DNA from: Camelus dromedarius
Lineage: Eukaryota
Direction: 5' to 3'
Length of the DNA stretch: 64,000 nt
Assembly (NCBI RefSeq): GCF_036321535.1
Contig: NC_087451.1
Location: forward strand, 27,838,001 to 27,902,000
In this document: piece by piece, positions 9,846 to 26,150 of the stretch
How the letters are laid out: each line of letters begins with the position of its first letter
Numbering within the stretch: the first letter of the stretch is position 1
Notes under the pieces: model-generated
What the model saw: the letters and a program-made list of their open reading frames with translations, nothing else
What the model was told of the DNA's origin: nothing
Database searches by the model: none
Translations under genes and position numbers: made by a program

Positions 9846-11944
9846 CCCCAAGTTCTACTACCAGCGTTAGCTTCGGCTCTGTGATCCCTTCCAAGGAAGG
9901 GTCCTGCGCCTGCGTGGGGAGGGTCCCAGCTCACTCTCCCGCACACGGACGTCCACACGTCCCGCACCATTTATCCAAAAGACCGTCCTCTCCCCGCTGA
10001 CAGGCCTCGCTGCCCTGGCTGAAGCTTCTCGACAACCAATACTCATTGCGTAACTTTTTATATAAACTCTCATCTTTCGGGAAGGAAGGCGGAGTCTGGG
10101 TCAGGAAATAGAGCTTCCCCTCCCGCCCACATGCCTAATCCGTGGGCTGCATTCGCAGCGGGTCGGGGGCCTGAGGTGGGGCCGGTCCTGTGCTCACACT
10201 AGCGGAGAACCCCCGGGGAGGGCCTCGCCCTCCGACCCACCCGCATCTTCCTGCTGCCCTGGACCCGCCTCCTCCTTCCCTCTGGGCCCCATCCAGGGAG
10301 CCACAGCTCCTGCAGGGCAGGTGGGTAGGCCCCTGGTCCACCCTCTGCACCCCGTCCCGCAGTCCCTCCCCACCCCTGCCGAGCCAGACGGGGGCCCTTT
10401 CTCCCTGACATGGGTCCAGGGAGGCACCGCGTAGACTGGACAGGCTGGGAGGAGGCTGGTGAGATGCCAGCTTCCCAGGTTGTCAGGGGCACTTTTGCAG
10501 GCAGGGTAAGAGGACTCTGGAGCTCCAAATCAAAGCAGCTTTAAGGACAGAGGAGGTGCCCTGAGTGGCCGTTTCTGGAATTTCCTGCCTTTTTAACTGG
10601 GGCCCCCGGGAGAGAAGCGGCAGCTTGTCCCACAGGTGTCATCGCACCCTCCCCTCCCGCTGGACCATGTGGGCTGTGGCTTCCCACCTGGGTGCTGGGG
10701 CAGATTCGGGCCTGCATTTGCTCGTCCCTGGGATGTCAGACCCCCAGCGAGATGCCCCCTGCCCACCCTGGGGCCCAGAAGTCTGGGCTCCATCCTCTGC
10801 GCGTTTCCAAGGCAATGGCTGCTTCGCCCTGACCTCCCAACCGGCCAGACCCCGCGCCCCGGGTGCTGCAGCACACCCAGTACTGTCACCCAGAAACAGG
10901 ACCCTAATCCAGATCTACCTGCTGGTTTTAGAAAATTCATAGGTGGAGGAAGGGGCCAAGTCTGATAGGAGAGGCGACCGGATCAAGGACTTGACTTACT
11001 CTGAAAGGGTGGTGAAGGGTCGCTGGCAGCGGAGACTGAACAGGAGCCCTCAGCTGGGCTAGTTCAGACAGAACCAACCTCACGACAGGCACGTGGGCCC
11101 CGGGCGTTCTGATGACAGTAAGTCAACCAGGTGGACCGTCACGTTTCTTATGTAGAGTGAGTTACTGCTGCAGTTAGAGTTTTTTCAAAGACCATTTTTA
11201 GGGACATGTGCTCGCATTTATCTATAAATGACAGGACTTCTGGGGTCGGCTTCTAAATAACCCAGTCACGGTGGGGAAGGGTCCGCGGGGGTGAGAAGGC
11301 AGATGGCCTGGTGAGAGCTCGCCACTGGGGCTGGGCAGGCATGTGGGTGCAGTTCCCTGTTTTCTGAAGTTAACAGCTTTGTTGAAACACAGCTGTTCCC
11401 AGGACATTCAGAGCTGCGTGACCACCATAACCTGAAGCCCCATTTTCCATACGCTCCCAAGGTTGCGCGGCACTCTGGGGGTCAGAGGTCCTGACGACTG
11501 GATGAGCAGCCCAGGGCACCTGTCTGTCCCGGGATATCAAAAGGCTGCATGGTGGTGCTCACACCGACCCTGCCCCTCTGTCCCAGGGCCTGCAGTCCAC
11601 AGAACCAGGGGCTCCCAGCCCCTTCTCGGCTGGCTGGACAACTGACCAGCATTTGAAAGCCCAGGGCACGTCCAGCCCCTCTGGGAACTCTGAAAACACA
11701 GGCACCTGCTGGGAAGGGGCAGCCCTGGGGGGGTCCACGGTGACCTGATGCAGGGCCTCCACACCTCCAGTCCTCAGCCCCCAGCGACCCAGTGCATCTG
11801 GCCAGGGGTGCAGCTTCTCCCCTGCCTGTCCACGAACCCAGAAGCCCTCCCTGGAGGGTGCAGAGGGGGTCTTGAGCACCCAAAAGCACGGCAACCTGCA
11901 GACCAGTTAGTGCCCTGGATGCAGAAACCAGACTCTTCACCACC

Positions 11945-11950
11945 TTTATT
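11945..11950 (-). terminator. Poly(A) signal AATAAA of SLC25A10
   Basis: First tttatt on the + strand past the SLC25A10 stop, about 950 nt of 3'UTR. Confidence 0.75.
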
Positions 11951-12897
11951 AATGTCGCGCAGGGCGACGCTGGCCCGCTGGCCACTTGCTGGGGGGTGGG
12001 GAGAGCACAGTGCCTGGGGGACAGGGGAGGCGGACGCAGCTCCCAGTCCCCCTGCAGGCTGCTTTGGCAGAGGAACCTAGGTTGTGGCATCAGGCTGATC
12101 AGCTGCTGGGGGCCTTGCAGGTGACCACCATCCCCAGACAGGAGACCCCCAAGCCACCCCAACCCTGCCCAGGGAGCCAGGAGGGGACACTGCACACCCC
12201 CTGAAGACAGCAGAGAGCCTGCTGGCACTGAGAGTTCTGGCAAAACTAGCAGTTAAAGCAACGGCGGGGGCGGGGGGGGTGCGGGTGGCACCCAGACCCT
12301 CTCCCCGGGGGTCCCTCTGCACCGGCCTGGGAGCTGTGGGGGCACAGATGCCTTGGGAACGTCATAAAAGCATGGTCCCTCTCTGAGGATGAACGCGCAG
12401 GTACATGTGTCATCTGGGGAGTGGTGCTGAGGCCTCCCCCGCTCTGCCACCCAGGTCCCTCAGCGGGCGCGGTGGGAGACGGTGCTGCGGGCCCGGGGCG
12501 CGGTGGAAGGAGCCTTCAGGGGCTAGAGACCCGAGCCCAGAGAGCCGGGACAGCACGCCCTCCCAACTCCAGCGTTAACTGCCTACTCGGGGAGAGGAGA
12601 GAAAACCAAACCTGGGGCCTGGACACCCCCTCTGAGGGGTGGGCAGAGCAGGCCGCTGGAAGCCCAGGCAGGGAGAGCCCGGGGTGGGGGTGAAGGTGAA
12701 GCTGGTAGCTCGCGAGGGGTCGAAGGGCTGACCAGGTGGGCTGGGGCGGGGGTCCTGGGCCAGGGAGGAGGGGCCGGAGCACTGCGGGCAGGTGCTGGGC
12801 TCAGGGCAGTGCTCAGCTGCTGACCCTCCCACACTCTGGAAGAAACTGTTGCGGGGAGAAGGGGCCCAGGCCTGACCCAGCTGTTGCCACGGCCACA

Positions 12898-15800
12898 TCA
12901 CGATGGCACTTTGATGCCAAAGTGTTTGCGAAGCTGTTCCAGAAACACAAAGGTGAGCACGGTGTGGGGCACGAGGCGGATGCCCGCAGGCACGAGGCCC
13001 TGAGGGAGGAAGGAAGGGTGTGAAGGGCCCCGACAGGCCCAGGGGCCCCCACCCGGCCCAGGGGCCCCCGCCCCACGCCGCCCGCACGGACCTTGTAGAA
13101 GGCCAGCGGCCCGAGCTTTGCTGTCTCCATGGCGCAGTGCAGGACACCCTGCAGAAAACGCAGAACCGGAATACAGCGGCTGCTTCTGGAGAGGCGTGAA
13201 CCCCCCCTCACTCTGGTCACACTGAGGGTGGGTGTGAGCCTCGCAGAGCAGCCTGGAGGTTCAACAGTAAAAGCAGGAGGTGGGGCTGGGGGCCACAAAG
13301 GTCAAGGGCTGCCTGCTCAAAACTAGACCCCAGGAGCACACCCCAGGGTGCTGTGGTGCCGAAACCCACAGAAGACGCAGTGTGTGCTGGTGGGGCTGGG
13401 GGGTGGGACCTGCCCCCTTCATAAAGGCACCATGTGAAGTTTCACTGACTGCAGTGACCGGCTTGCTCTGTTAAACACACACGGGGCCCTGGGAGGGACG
13501 CAGTCATGGGTGGAGGGGGACAGCCGTGTCCACACCCGCGACAAGGAAGCAGACCTGCAGGGCGGGGCCCCACTCACCCGATATTCGCCCTTGGCGTTCA
13601 TCAGGCGGGTCTTCAGCACGTCCAGGGGCTGGCACAGGACAGTGGCGCATCCGCCCTGGGGTGCAGGGTCATCACCAACGGGCCTGCCAGGCAGGGCAGG
13701 TGGGCACCCTCATCCTACCCCACAGACCTGTCCTGGACCCCCAGGTGTCCCTAGGGCCATGGGGACACCAGGAACAGCCCTGGCCCGTGGGCTCCTCCCC
13801 AGGACCCTAGCGCCCACCTATTCAGTCTAACTCGTCAAAGCCTCCTGCCACTGAGCCCCTCCCTCATCCCAGGGCCCCCAGGGAAGCCCCACCCCGCCAC
13901 TCACCGCGATGAAGCTGGCGATAAAGTGAGTGAAGATGCTGTCGGACAAGTACCCGGTGCTGAGGACCAGCTGCTTGGCTTGGTCATAGCAGGACAGCTG
14001 TAGGGTGGCAGGGACAGTCAGGGCCCAAAGGACAGAGCCCACCTCGGGGGAAGCCAAAAGGGGCCCACAATGACACCAGCTGGACTGACCAGGTACCCAC
14101 TCTGTTGGGTCATCTACGGTCACCACACCCATCACAGACGCGCCCCAGCCCCACCCGTGTTCCATGCCCACTGCCTTCCTCTGGGATTTCTCACAGGGCC
14201 CCAGAGCCGCACCCCAAGCAGAAACCCTACCTGACCCACGGTGACCAACATCCCTCGACTGGACGCCATGGTTGCGCCTGAGAACAGCTTCTTCAGACCC
14301 TCTGCCGGGGGAGGGGAGAGGTCGGGTGCCCAGCCCAAACCCCTCCCCACCCAGGCCCCACTCCTGGGTCCCAGCCCAGCCCTCCCACCTCTCACCTTCT
14401 CGGGCCACACGGCACAGGCCATCCAGGGCGTGGGCATAGCTGTCGGGGACAGAGTGGGCCCACATGAGCTTCTCCCTGACCACTGGCTCCCATGGGGGGA
14501 GGGTACCCCCCATGGGAGCCACGGCCCCATCCCAGGCCAGGAGGTGCTGAGTGTCAAAAGGGCCAGAGGACAATGGCTTCCTGTCTCCCTGCTCACAGGA
14601 GTTCAGGGCTTGAAGAGGGAGGGAAACGCCCTCTGGGGGCTGCCAGCTCCAAGGCAGGTCCTGTCTGCAGGCCATTACAGAGGGCAGGAGGATGGGACGC
14701 CCTGCAGGGCCCCCTCTCCCCTGGTTCACTCGTCCACCTTCCCTGGGGCTGACGCTCCAGCCAGAGCCACACGCCCCCTGAGCTGACTGGGCCGACGCCC
14801 AGAGCCTAGCTCGACGTGGGTCCCCAGCCAGAACCTTAGACTCCCTAGCACCCTACGTTTCACGCAACATGGTGCTTTCATCACAGGAAGAAAAACTAAC
14901 CCCTGCACCCAAAGCCTTTCGAAGTCCACACTCACTCCCACTTCCAAACCACCCTCCCCGTGGGTGTGCGCAGGTACACGCGGGAGAAGCGGTGACCAGC
15001 CCCGGGCCCAGCCAGAGGTGTGCACTATGCCTGTTTCCAGAAGCCGTCAGCCGGCTCCATGGGATCCCACAGGCGAGTCCCGACTGCGTCCTGGCAGAGC
15101 CACTCTGGGGGCTCCTCCGCCCCGACCCCCCGGCCCCACCCTGCAGGCAGAGCGCGCTACTCACTTTCGGCGCTGGCTCTGGGGCAGCTTCATGTCATTC
15201 TGCATCCTGAAACAAGCAGGGGCTCAGCAGGGCGGCAGGGCCAGACACCACCCCCACACACGCCAGAGGGCGACAGTGAGCGGCCGGCCCACCGGGGGCT
15301 GCCCTGCCACAGGCTCAGCGCCACCCCCAGTGTCCAGGACCCCAAGGTCCGAGTGGCCTGTTCCAGGCTGAACACCCACAACCCCAGTGAATGAGGTTGG
15401 CCCTCAGGGGACAGCGAGACCCTGGCCTCGGGGGCCACACTGACCTGACGTTGACCATGTCCGCGGGGGTCCCCACGAAGCCACCGATGCAACCTGGTAC
15501 AACAAGCCACCCCGTGACCCCTGGCACTGCCCACCACCCTCGCCCGCCCCGCTCGCCCTCGGCCACTCACCGCTGAGGGAGCCCAGCAAGACCTTCTGGT
15601 GGAAGGGCAGGGGGCCCTGGCTGCCTTTGGTCACCTGGTCCCGCACGGTCTCGTAGATGGCGAACCGAGTCAGGGAATAGGTCATCTGGGGAGAAGGGGC
15701 CCCACTCAGAGGCTGCGGGCGGATGGCGCTGGGCACACTTCACAGACCTGGTCCTCCAGTGCAATGGTCTCCATGTGGACCACGGGGCACCAAGGGACAC

Positions 15801-18397
15801 GCCCGAGGCCACACGGCCAGCAAGCAGCTGAGCCAACTCACAAACCTGGGGCTGAGTCCAGGCCTCACACCCTTCTCTCTCCTCCCTGGGCTCAGTTTCC
15901 CACCTGGAGGTGGAGGTCTCGGGCCGCTGTGACAGTGGCTGACCCTGTGCAAGGCAGAAGCACCTCCCACCCGCCACCCTGGGCGCTGCTGGCTCCCCTG
16001 CCTGAGGTTCCTCCCGTGTAAGCAGCCACAACTAGCCTGGGGGCCAGGGGGCTGCGACCCTCCTGCCTGCTGGGACTGAGTGCGGGCTCTGGGACCAGGA
16101 CCTCAGCGACCCGCCACCCGGGGGTGGGGAGCCCCCAGATGCACCTGTCTGCACAGGGAGGCACTCAGCCCATTGTAGAGCGCCAACACGCCGTCGGAGC
16201 GCACCACCTGCAGCGCCATGCCGGTCATGCGCAGCTTCACCTCCTGCTGCGTCTGCAGGTGCACCTGCGGGGAAGCGGCCACACCAGCTCACAGCAGTAC
16301 TCTACCTGGGGCCCATCCAGGCCAGCTCTGCCCTGAGCCCTTTTCCACAACCTTCCACCTTTACAGCCTCACACTAACCTTGTGGGCCAAGTGCTACCAG
16401 CACCCCCTTTTGCAGGGCACCAGCCGAGGAGTGGGGCTAGGACTCCGTGTCCACACCCGGAGCCAACCTCCACTGGATACCACCAGCCGAAACGTGAGCC
16501 TACCAGGCCCATGAGAAACATCCCACCTGCCGTGGGGCAGTCATCAACCCCACACTTTAGGTGAAGACACTGGGCAAGTCCAGAGCCCCACCTTGTAGCC
16601 ACACCTGACTTCCGAGAGGGACAGAGTTACGGGGACTCAGATGACCTGAAGAAACATGGGAGACTCGGAAGACAGGGGTGGGAATCTGGGGGTACACAGG
16701 GAAAGGGTGCCTTGGAGTCCATCCTGTGGACCCCACTCTGTCCAGCCCAGCCACATCCTGGGGGGACCCGCTGGGGAAGGCTATTGACTCTGCTGCCTCA
16801 GTTTCTCTCAGTGTGCAGTGAGCCGGGAACAGAGGGCCTGGGCCTGGGGGCAGGGTGGCCACACCGGCAGCAGCCCTCGTCCAGGTGAGAAGCCACTGAC
16901 AGAGTTGAGCCAAGACATAAGGCAAAGGGAGAGACCAAGTTACTTTAGAATACTTCTTCCAAAGACTGGACAGAGAGATAAAAATCCTGGCCAGGGCCTC
17001 CCTCCGAGGTCTCCACAGCTGCTGGCACCTCCCGCTGCACCCCAGCAGATGGCCACGTGCTTCCTGGGCCAGAGAGAGACTAGGCTCCTGTGGCCGCAGG
17101 CCTCCCTGCCCCCGCCCCCAGTGCTCTGCAGCAAAACAGCACCTGGGGGGTGGGGCAAGGGGCAGTGACGCCCAAAGGAGCCTTGGCCCACAGACCATGA
17201 CTCTAGGCTGGCCTGGTGCCATGGAGGGCTCCAAAAGCTCCTGGAGGCTGTGCCCACAGCTGGGCAGAGACAGTGAGCCTGATCCTCCAGGGTGCGTGGT
17301 CGGGGGTGGGGGATGGGGGAGCACAGGGACCTGCGGGGGCATCCAGAAAGTAAAACAGAACAGGCACGAGAAGGGAAAACGCACCTTCCTACCTGGCCCT
17401 GGGGGTTACCAGGGCCTGTGCTGGCCTCTCCCAGGATGAGCTAGGTCTCAGAAACGCTCCCGGCTTCAGCCCCACCCCCAACTTTTGCTAATCCTGCCTT
17501 TACTGGTGACCACTCTGAGGCTTGAGGGATGGCTGGGTCAGCCAGGGACACAGGTGCCAATCCCTCCCAGGGGTCCAGCGTGGGACCCAGGCTGCTCTGG
17601 GTGGCCAGGTGGCTGCCCTTGCCCACAGGACCCACAGGACCACAGCCCAGGTTCCCTGGCGCAGGGCCGACGGCCAGAACATGCTTTGTACCTCTGACCC
17701 TTTGTTGTTTGTGGTGAGAGCACCAGAAAACCAACCTCCCTCGGCTGGCCTGCCCTGAGACAAGGGAAGCTCTGTCTTATTCTGCCCCATAAGCATTCTT
17801 AAAAAAGAAAAAAAACCCAAAAAGTGTGATTACTTCTCGCTCTGGGAAACAATCACCCTCACTGGACAGGACCTGCATGCAGGCAGAGCTCAAGGCTTCC
17901 AGGTGTCCCCCCACCTTTCAGGAGGAAGCAGCCCCAAAGAGGGGCGACTGACCACATCCCTCCTCTGTCTCCCTCAGTGTGTGCCGGGCACCCGCTCGGC
18001 AGAGGGGGCGCGTGGTCCGTGCCGGTGTGTGCTGAAGTCCGGACGCGTTTTCAAGTGCCAACAGCTGTGCTCCCAGAGAACCAAGCCCTCAACGTGTCAC
18101 CCAGCAGAACGTGTGTCCGCAAAAGTGCGAAGGGCGGGTCGGGAAACAGGCTCAGAGAGGCCAAGGGGCGAGCCCAAGGTCACACAGGTAGCAGCAGAGT
18201 GGGATGGGGGCCCGAGGGGCACCTCCACCGCCTCCTGCCCGCAGGGCTCCCGACGGGGGCGGGAGCGAGGGCCCGGCCCGAGGCCCTCCGCGCGCCGCGC
18301 TCACCTTGAGCAGGTCCAGCGGGTGCGTGCAGCAGGCGGCCCCGCACGACGCCAGCCCGCCGAAGTACCAGCGCGACACGCGCGCCTCGGCCGCCAT
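12898..18397 (-). CDS. SLC25A10: Mitochondrial dicarboxylate carrier, 287 aa, 11 coding exons
   Basis: Exons 18305-18397, 16145-16264, 15571-15685, 15445-15493, 15165-15206, 14396-14439, 14231-14301, 13905-13997, 13578-13655, 13092-13148, 12898-12999. All GT-AG, total 864 nt. MAAEARVSRWYFGGLASCGAACCTHPLDLLK...HFGIKVPS*, with three PxDxxK/R-type carrier motifs. Confidence 0.98.
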
Positions 18398-18399
18398 GG

Positions 18400-18800
18400 C
18401 CCAGACGCGGCCGCCGACGCCGAGGAGCGCAGGTACCCGGCCCGACCCCGGCCCCCGAAGCCTGGACACCTCCCCGTCCCCAGCCAGACTCGATCCGGCC
18501 CGACCCGGCCAAACCCGGCCCGATCCACGCCGCCGCCCGCCGCCAGCTCAAAGTGCCGCTGGCCGCCCGCGCCCGGCACAGCCAATGCGCCCGCGCGGCC
18601 CGGGGGCGGGGCCTGGTGGGCGGGGCCAGCTAGACCCCGCCCCGAGACCGGGGGCGGGCCCCGCTCCTTAAAGCGGCCGCAGCCGGGCGGGCGCCACCGA
18701 GCCCCCTCGGGGACCCCCGGGGCCCAGGCCGCGCGGACCGCGGGGAACCTGCCGGGTGAGCCCTCCCCACTCCCCCTCGGAACCTGCGTCCGCCCCCTTC
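18400..18800 (-). promoter_or_regulatory. SLC25A10 CpG-island promoter/5'UTR
   Basis: CCAAT at 18582-18586, GGGCGGGG boxes at about 18603-18660, dense CpG immediately upstream of the ATG. Confidence 0.75.
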
Positions 18801-21800
18801 CTACGCTGGCCCGGCCGCCGGCCACTCCGGCGCCTAGGGCACGTCTGCGAAGGTCACGGCCCGAGTGGCCTGGGCGCTCTGCCCCCGACCCCTCCTGGAG
18901 GCCGGCCTCCCGCAAACGCCCCGCCCCTGCGCGGCCTGAACTTGTACCCAATGTCCCACCCCAGCCGCGCAGGACCCGGGGGTTCGTCCTGGGATACGTC
19001 CCGCTGCAGGAGGGGCCAACCTGCGGGTTACAAGAAAACTAGGGGCAAAGCCAATTCGGAGACTAGCCGCCCCGCCTACCCACCCCTCCCAGAAACTCCT
19101 AGCCGAGTCCAGCCTCAGGTCTGCTCTGACCACACAGCCCCAGGCAGCCACCCTGGGGCGGCCCAAGAGGGAGTTTCTGGGCGTGCGGCTCAGGCTCCTG
19201 GGAGGCGGCAGTCAACAAACTGCCTGCCCCAGCCTGGCCCCAGCGGGAGACGCCCACCTCCCTGCTGACCGGAAGTGCAGGTGTGCTGCTAGCCCAAAGG
19301 CGCACCTGCCGAGCAGTGAAATCTGAGTCCCCAGGGCCGCTCTGGGACAGGGCCACATGGATCTCAGAGGAGGCGGAGAAATGTGGAGGAGCCCAGGGTG
19401 GGGTGGGGGGTAGTATTACCCATGCTGGGAGCCTGCGTTATTTGAAAGGGAGAGTAGGATTAAGAAAAATGGCCCAGGGGCTTCTGGAGATCAGAGAGGG
19501 TGGGAGACACATACCGAAGATCCACAAGGAAAGGCAAAAACGTGTCGCTGAGCAGCTACACACAAGACTCCCAGAGACAGCAGTTTGTTCAGAAAGCCGG
19601 AGCTAACAGACCTGACTGTTAGTGTGCAGGAGCAAGCCGCTTCTTCGTCCATGGTCCTCCAAGCCCACTCCCGGCACAGACCCTGCTGCCCTGGCACCTG
19701 GATCTCATTTGGACTCAGCCAAGATGCCCGAATCTGCCATCAGCCCCAGGGCACTGTCAGGGCTCCTGACTACATCGCAAACACAGCAGTGAAGCAGAGA
19801 TGACAGAAGCCTCTGGAGTCCCTGGGTCTCCATGACAGCCCAGAAGCGGGGACCCAGGCCCTGGCGGGGGGAGCTGTCCCCTTACTAGGGTCATTGGCAG
19901 AACAGGGCCCTGAACCTGGTGCTGGCAGGGAGACCCCAGGGTTTGCTCCTCACAGAACACAGACCGTCCCCAAATTGGGAAGGGCAGGGCCCAGAGACTT
20001 AGGATTGGGAACTGAAGAGACATCGTAAAACGTAAAAATATCAAGGGCGGCAGGGTGCCGAGATGCCTGAATTCCCGTGACCTGAGATGGTGTGAAAAGG
20101 CAGTCAGACGTGGGAGGAACCCTGGAACACGGGAAATGCCTCAAGGCTGGAACACCCTCTTAAGAAAGGGGTGGATTTTGCAAACTATAGGCCAAGGAAC
20201 TAAAAAAGATCCCAGCCAAATTCTCAAATGGACTGTGGAGACTCACGCAGAAGCCCGAGAGGGCGAAGGGGAGGGCGGGCGCAGTCCTGAGAACAGGGCT
20301 GCCCGGGCAGGCCTCTGGGTGGGGGCTGGTGTGTGCTCTGTGGCCCTTACACATCTCCTCTTGGTGCCTGGGCAGGGAGGACCGTGCTTCATGGGTGGCC
20401 TGGCAGACATCTGGGGTCCCTGGAATAGGGGGGAGGTCTGTGGAGGTGAGGCACCTGCGGGGGCTCTGGATTTGCCTCCGCTGTGTCCTGTGACCGCGAG
20501 CCTGGACAAAGGCGCAACGCCAGCTCCTATCAGGATCTATAAGGACTTGTGTGGGTGCCAAGAGAGCAACTCGTGACACGCAGCAAGCCTGCCTCCCACT
20601 GCCAAGCGTGAGGGCCAAGGCCAAGTGGGCTTCAAGGACCCGGGGCAATCCCCAGAGGCACACCGCACCTATCTCCAGGTCTGAGACACTTAAGAGCAGC
20701 CTGCAGTCCGGGGCAAGTCAGGGGTAGCTGGAGGGGCCAGGACCCCCATCAGGAGGCTGAGCCAGGATGCTGCCTAGGAAGACAAGGCCCAGGGTCTTCA
20801 GGTATGACTTTTGAGCTCAGGCAGGAGCACCGCCCTAGTCTGCCATAAGCGAGTCAGGATACGTTGGCCTGGTGGCCCTCAAGGTGCAGGGCCACCCTCA
20901 CCTTTGATCAGCCACCCCTAGCAAGACCAGCAGAGAACAGAAAGCCCCATCCTTGCGGGAGCCCGTCTTCACCCCAGATGCCTTGGGAAAATGGGGAGGG
21001 GGCCTAGAGCACAAGCAGCCTCCCCAGGTTACTGGCAGAGGGGCCTGTGACCATGCAGATCTGGGCTGGGGAGTGTCCCTGAGCCCTGGGAGAGGGCAGC
21101 AGGCCCAGCAGGCCACACCCAGCCCCAGGTAGCCGCAGTCCCCTCTGCTGAGTGAAGGCACGCCCAGTGATCTGCTGATGGTGAATCATTAACCCCCTGG
21201 GGATGGTGCCAGGGGCCACAGGCTTGGCCAGTGGGGCTCTGGTCAGGGAGTGGCCTCATCTGCTCCTTGGACCCTTCCTGCGAGGCCCAGCAGGGAGCAA
21301 GACCTCAGAGAGGACACTGAGCTGGTGGGGGGTGGGGGCGGCTGTGCATGCACACCAGGGAGCCTGGCAGCTCCCACCCAGACATGGCACTCCCAGACAC
21401 AGTGTCCCTTTCTGGTCCCCCAGCTGACCTTGCAGCTCATTCTTCCAACAGGGCCAAGGGAGGGGGCCAGGGAGTAGGCAGCCTGGAGACTCAGGCCAGA
21501 GGGTGTGGGCCTCCAAGGGTCACAGGAACAATGCCTCTCCAGAGTGGCCACTCAGAACGTCTTGCAGCCCCCTCCACCCAAGCCCCAGGGGTCTCCCACC
21601 TGGGCCTGCAAGGAAGGAATCCACTGCCCCTTCCAGGCAGGGCTGAGGTGGGGCCTGACTCAAGAGAAGGAAGCCATAGGTCCTTGGGGCAGGCAGGCAC
21701 TGAGCAGGGCACATAGGCTTGGGCAGCCACTGCCATCTGTAAATGCCACACTCTGGCAACAGGCCACCTCCTTCACTTCCCTTCTGGCTCCAAGACCCAG

Positions 21801-22222
21801 CTCCCCGAGGCCCAGCCCCCAAGGCTCCTCTAAGCACCTGTGGGAGCAAATGACACCCTCAAGGGCTGCAGAGCACATCCTCCAGCCTGTCAGGCTGTCT
21901 CTTGCGGGGCTGCTGTGCCCACCCAGGGTATAGGCCTTATTCCCACTGCCCAGGGCAGGGGCTGCATTTCCTGTTAAGGACCACCAATGTTTAAAGACAG
22001 GGAGTTCCACAGGTGCCCTACACCAGCCCCTGGGGGAAGATCTGGTACCAGCCGTGCAGCAGCTGCTGCCCCTGCAAGCAGGATGCGCACTGCCCAGTCC
22101 CACCACACTGCTGTCGGCACCTGCCTGACATGGGTCTGGGAGGACAGACCCCTGCACCCACAGCCCACCCCAACACAGGACTCAGCACACACGGAGCCTG
22201 AACAATGCATTTTTCTCAACAG

Positions 22223-22236
22223 CCACCAGGGGGCGC
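22223..22236 (+). promoter_or_regulatory. CTCF consensus motif in the MRPL12 3'UTR
   Basis: CCACCAGGGGGCGC is an exact match to the CTCF core consensus CCASYAGRKGGCRS. Confidence 0.65.
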
Positions 22237-22470
22237 GTGAACTCGCAGTAGGTTCTCGAGTCCTCCTCCCTGGGGCTTGCACCGGCAGTGACTGCCACTC
22301 CCTCCCCATCTCAGTAGGTCCATCGTCTGTCCCAGAAGGAAACTGGCCACATGGTGCGGGTACCCGGTTCTGCTCCAGCGCAAGTGGGTCCGCTGAGCCT
22401 GGGTGCGGGGCGAGGAGCAGGTGGAGCCCTGCCCAGCGCCTGGGACCCGGTCCACAGTCGTCTGGACGGC

Positions 22471-25655
<3,185 letters not shown>

Positions 25656-25697
25656 CGCTCCGCGGGCGGGAAGGTCACACGCGGATCCCAGGAGGAG

Positions 25698-25843
25698 GGA
25701 CGCTCTAGCCGCCCGAGCCACGGGGCATGCGAGCTGCGGACGACACTCTAGCCGCCAGAGCCGCCGAGCATATGAGCTGGGGAGGACTCTCTAGCCGCCC
25801 GAGTCGCGGGGCCTAAGAGCTGGGCGCGGACGCTCTAGCCGCG
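25698..25843. repeat. Degenerate tandem repeat, about 43-44 bp x 4 (last unit partial), upstream of the MRPL12 ATG
   Basis: Core ctctagccgc starts at 25703, 25746, 25789 and 25833. The first three units also carry gagctg. Confidence 0.85.
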
Positions 25844-26150
25844 CCTGGACTTGCCTTCTCTCGCTCCTCGAGATTACCCACAAGGCAGCGGGCCGCGCAG
25901 GCGCAGAGCCGCGTTGGCGGCCTCGGCCGGCTTCAGCCCGTGGCGCGCTGGGCGAACGAAGGCCGGAGAAGGCTGAGGCTTGGCGCCGGGTTCCGACGGG
26001 CCGGGACCTGGCCTTGTTGGACAGCGCAGCGACGCCTGCCCCCCGAGCCCGGGCTCGTGACGTTTGCGCTGCCTCAGGGCGGGCCGGAGGGTCCCCAGTG
26101 CCCTTCCTCGGCAGGTCTGTTCCAGGGACCCGGCTTGTGGTCACCTAGCG
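25844..26150 (-). promoter_or_regulatory. MRPL12 CpG-island promoter
   Basis: CpG-dense. ZNF143/Staf-like TTACCCACAAGGCAGCGG at 25874-25891. Confidence 0.6.

Noticed and set aside
13827-14729. 300-aa minus-strand ORF
   Set aside because: It contains SLC25A10 exons 6 and 8 joined through intronic sequence, with exon 7 out of frame. The spliced gene explains it.
17903-19042. 379-aa plus-strand ORF
   Set aside because: It spans the SLC25A10 CpG island antisense to exon 1. It is Pro/Arg/Gly/Ala-rich with no domain, as expected from stop-codon scarcity in GC-rich DNA.
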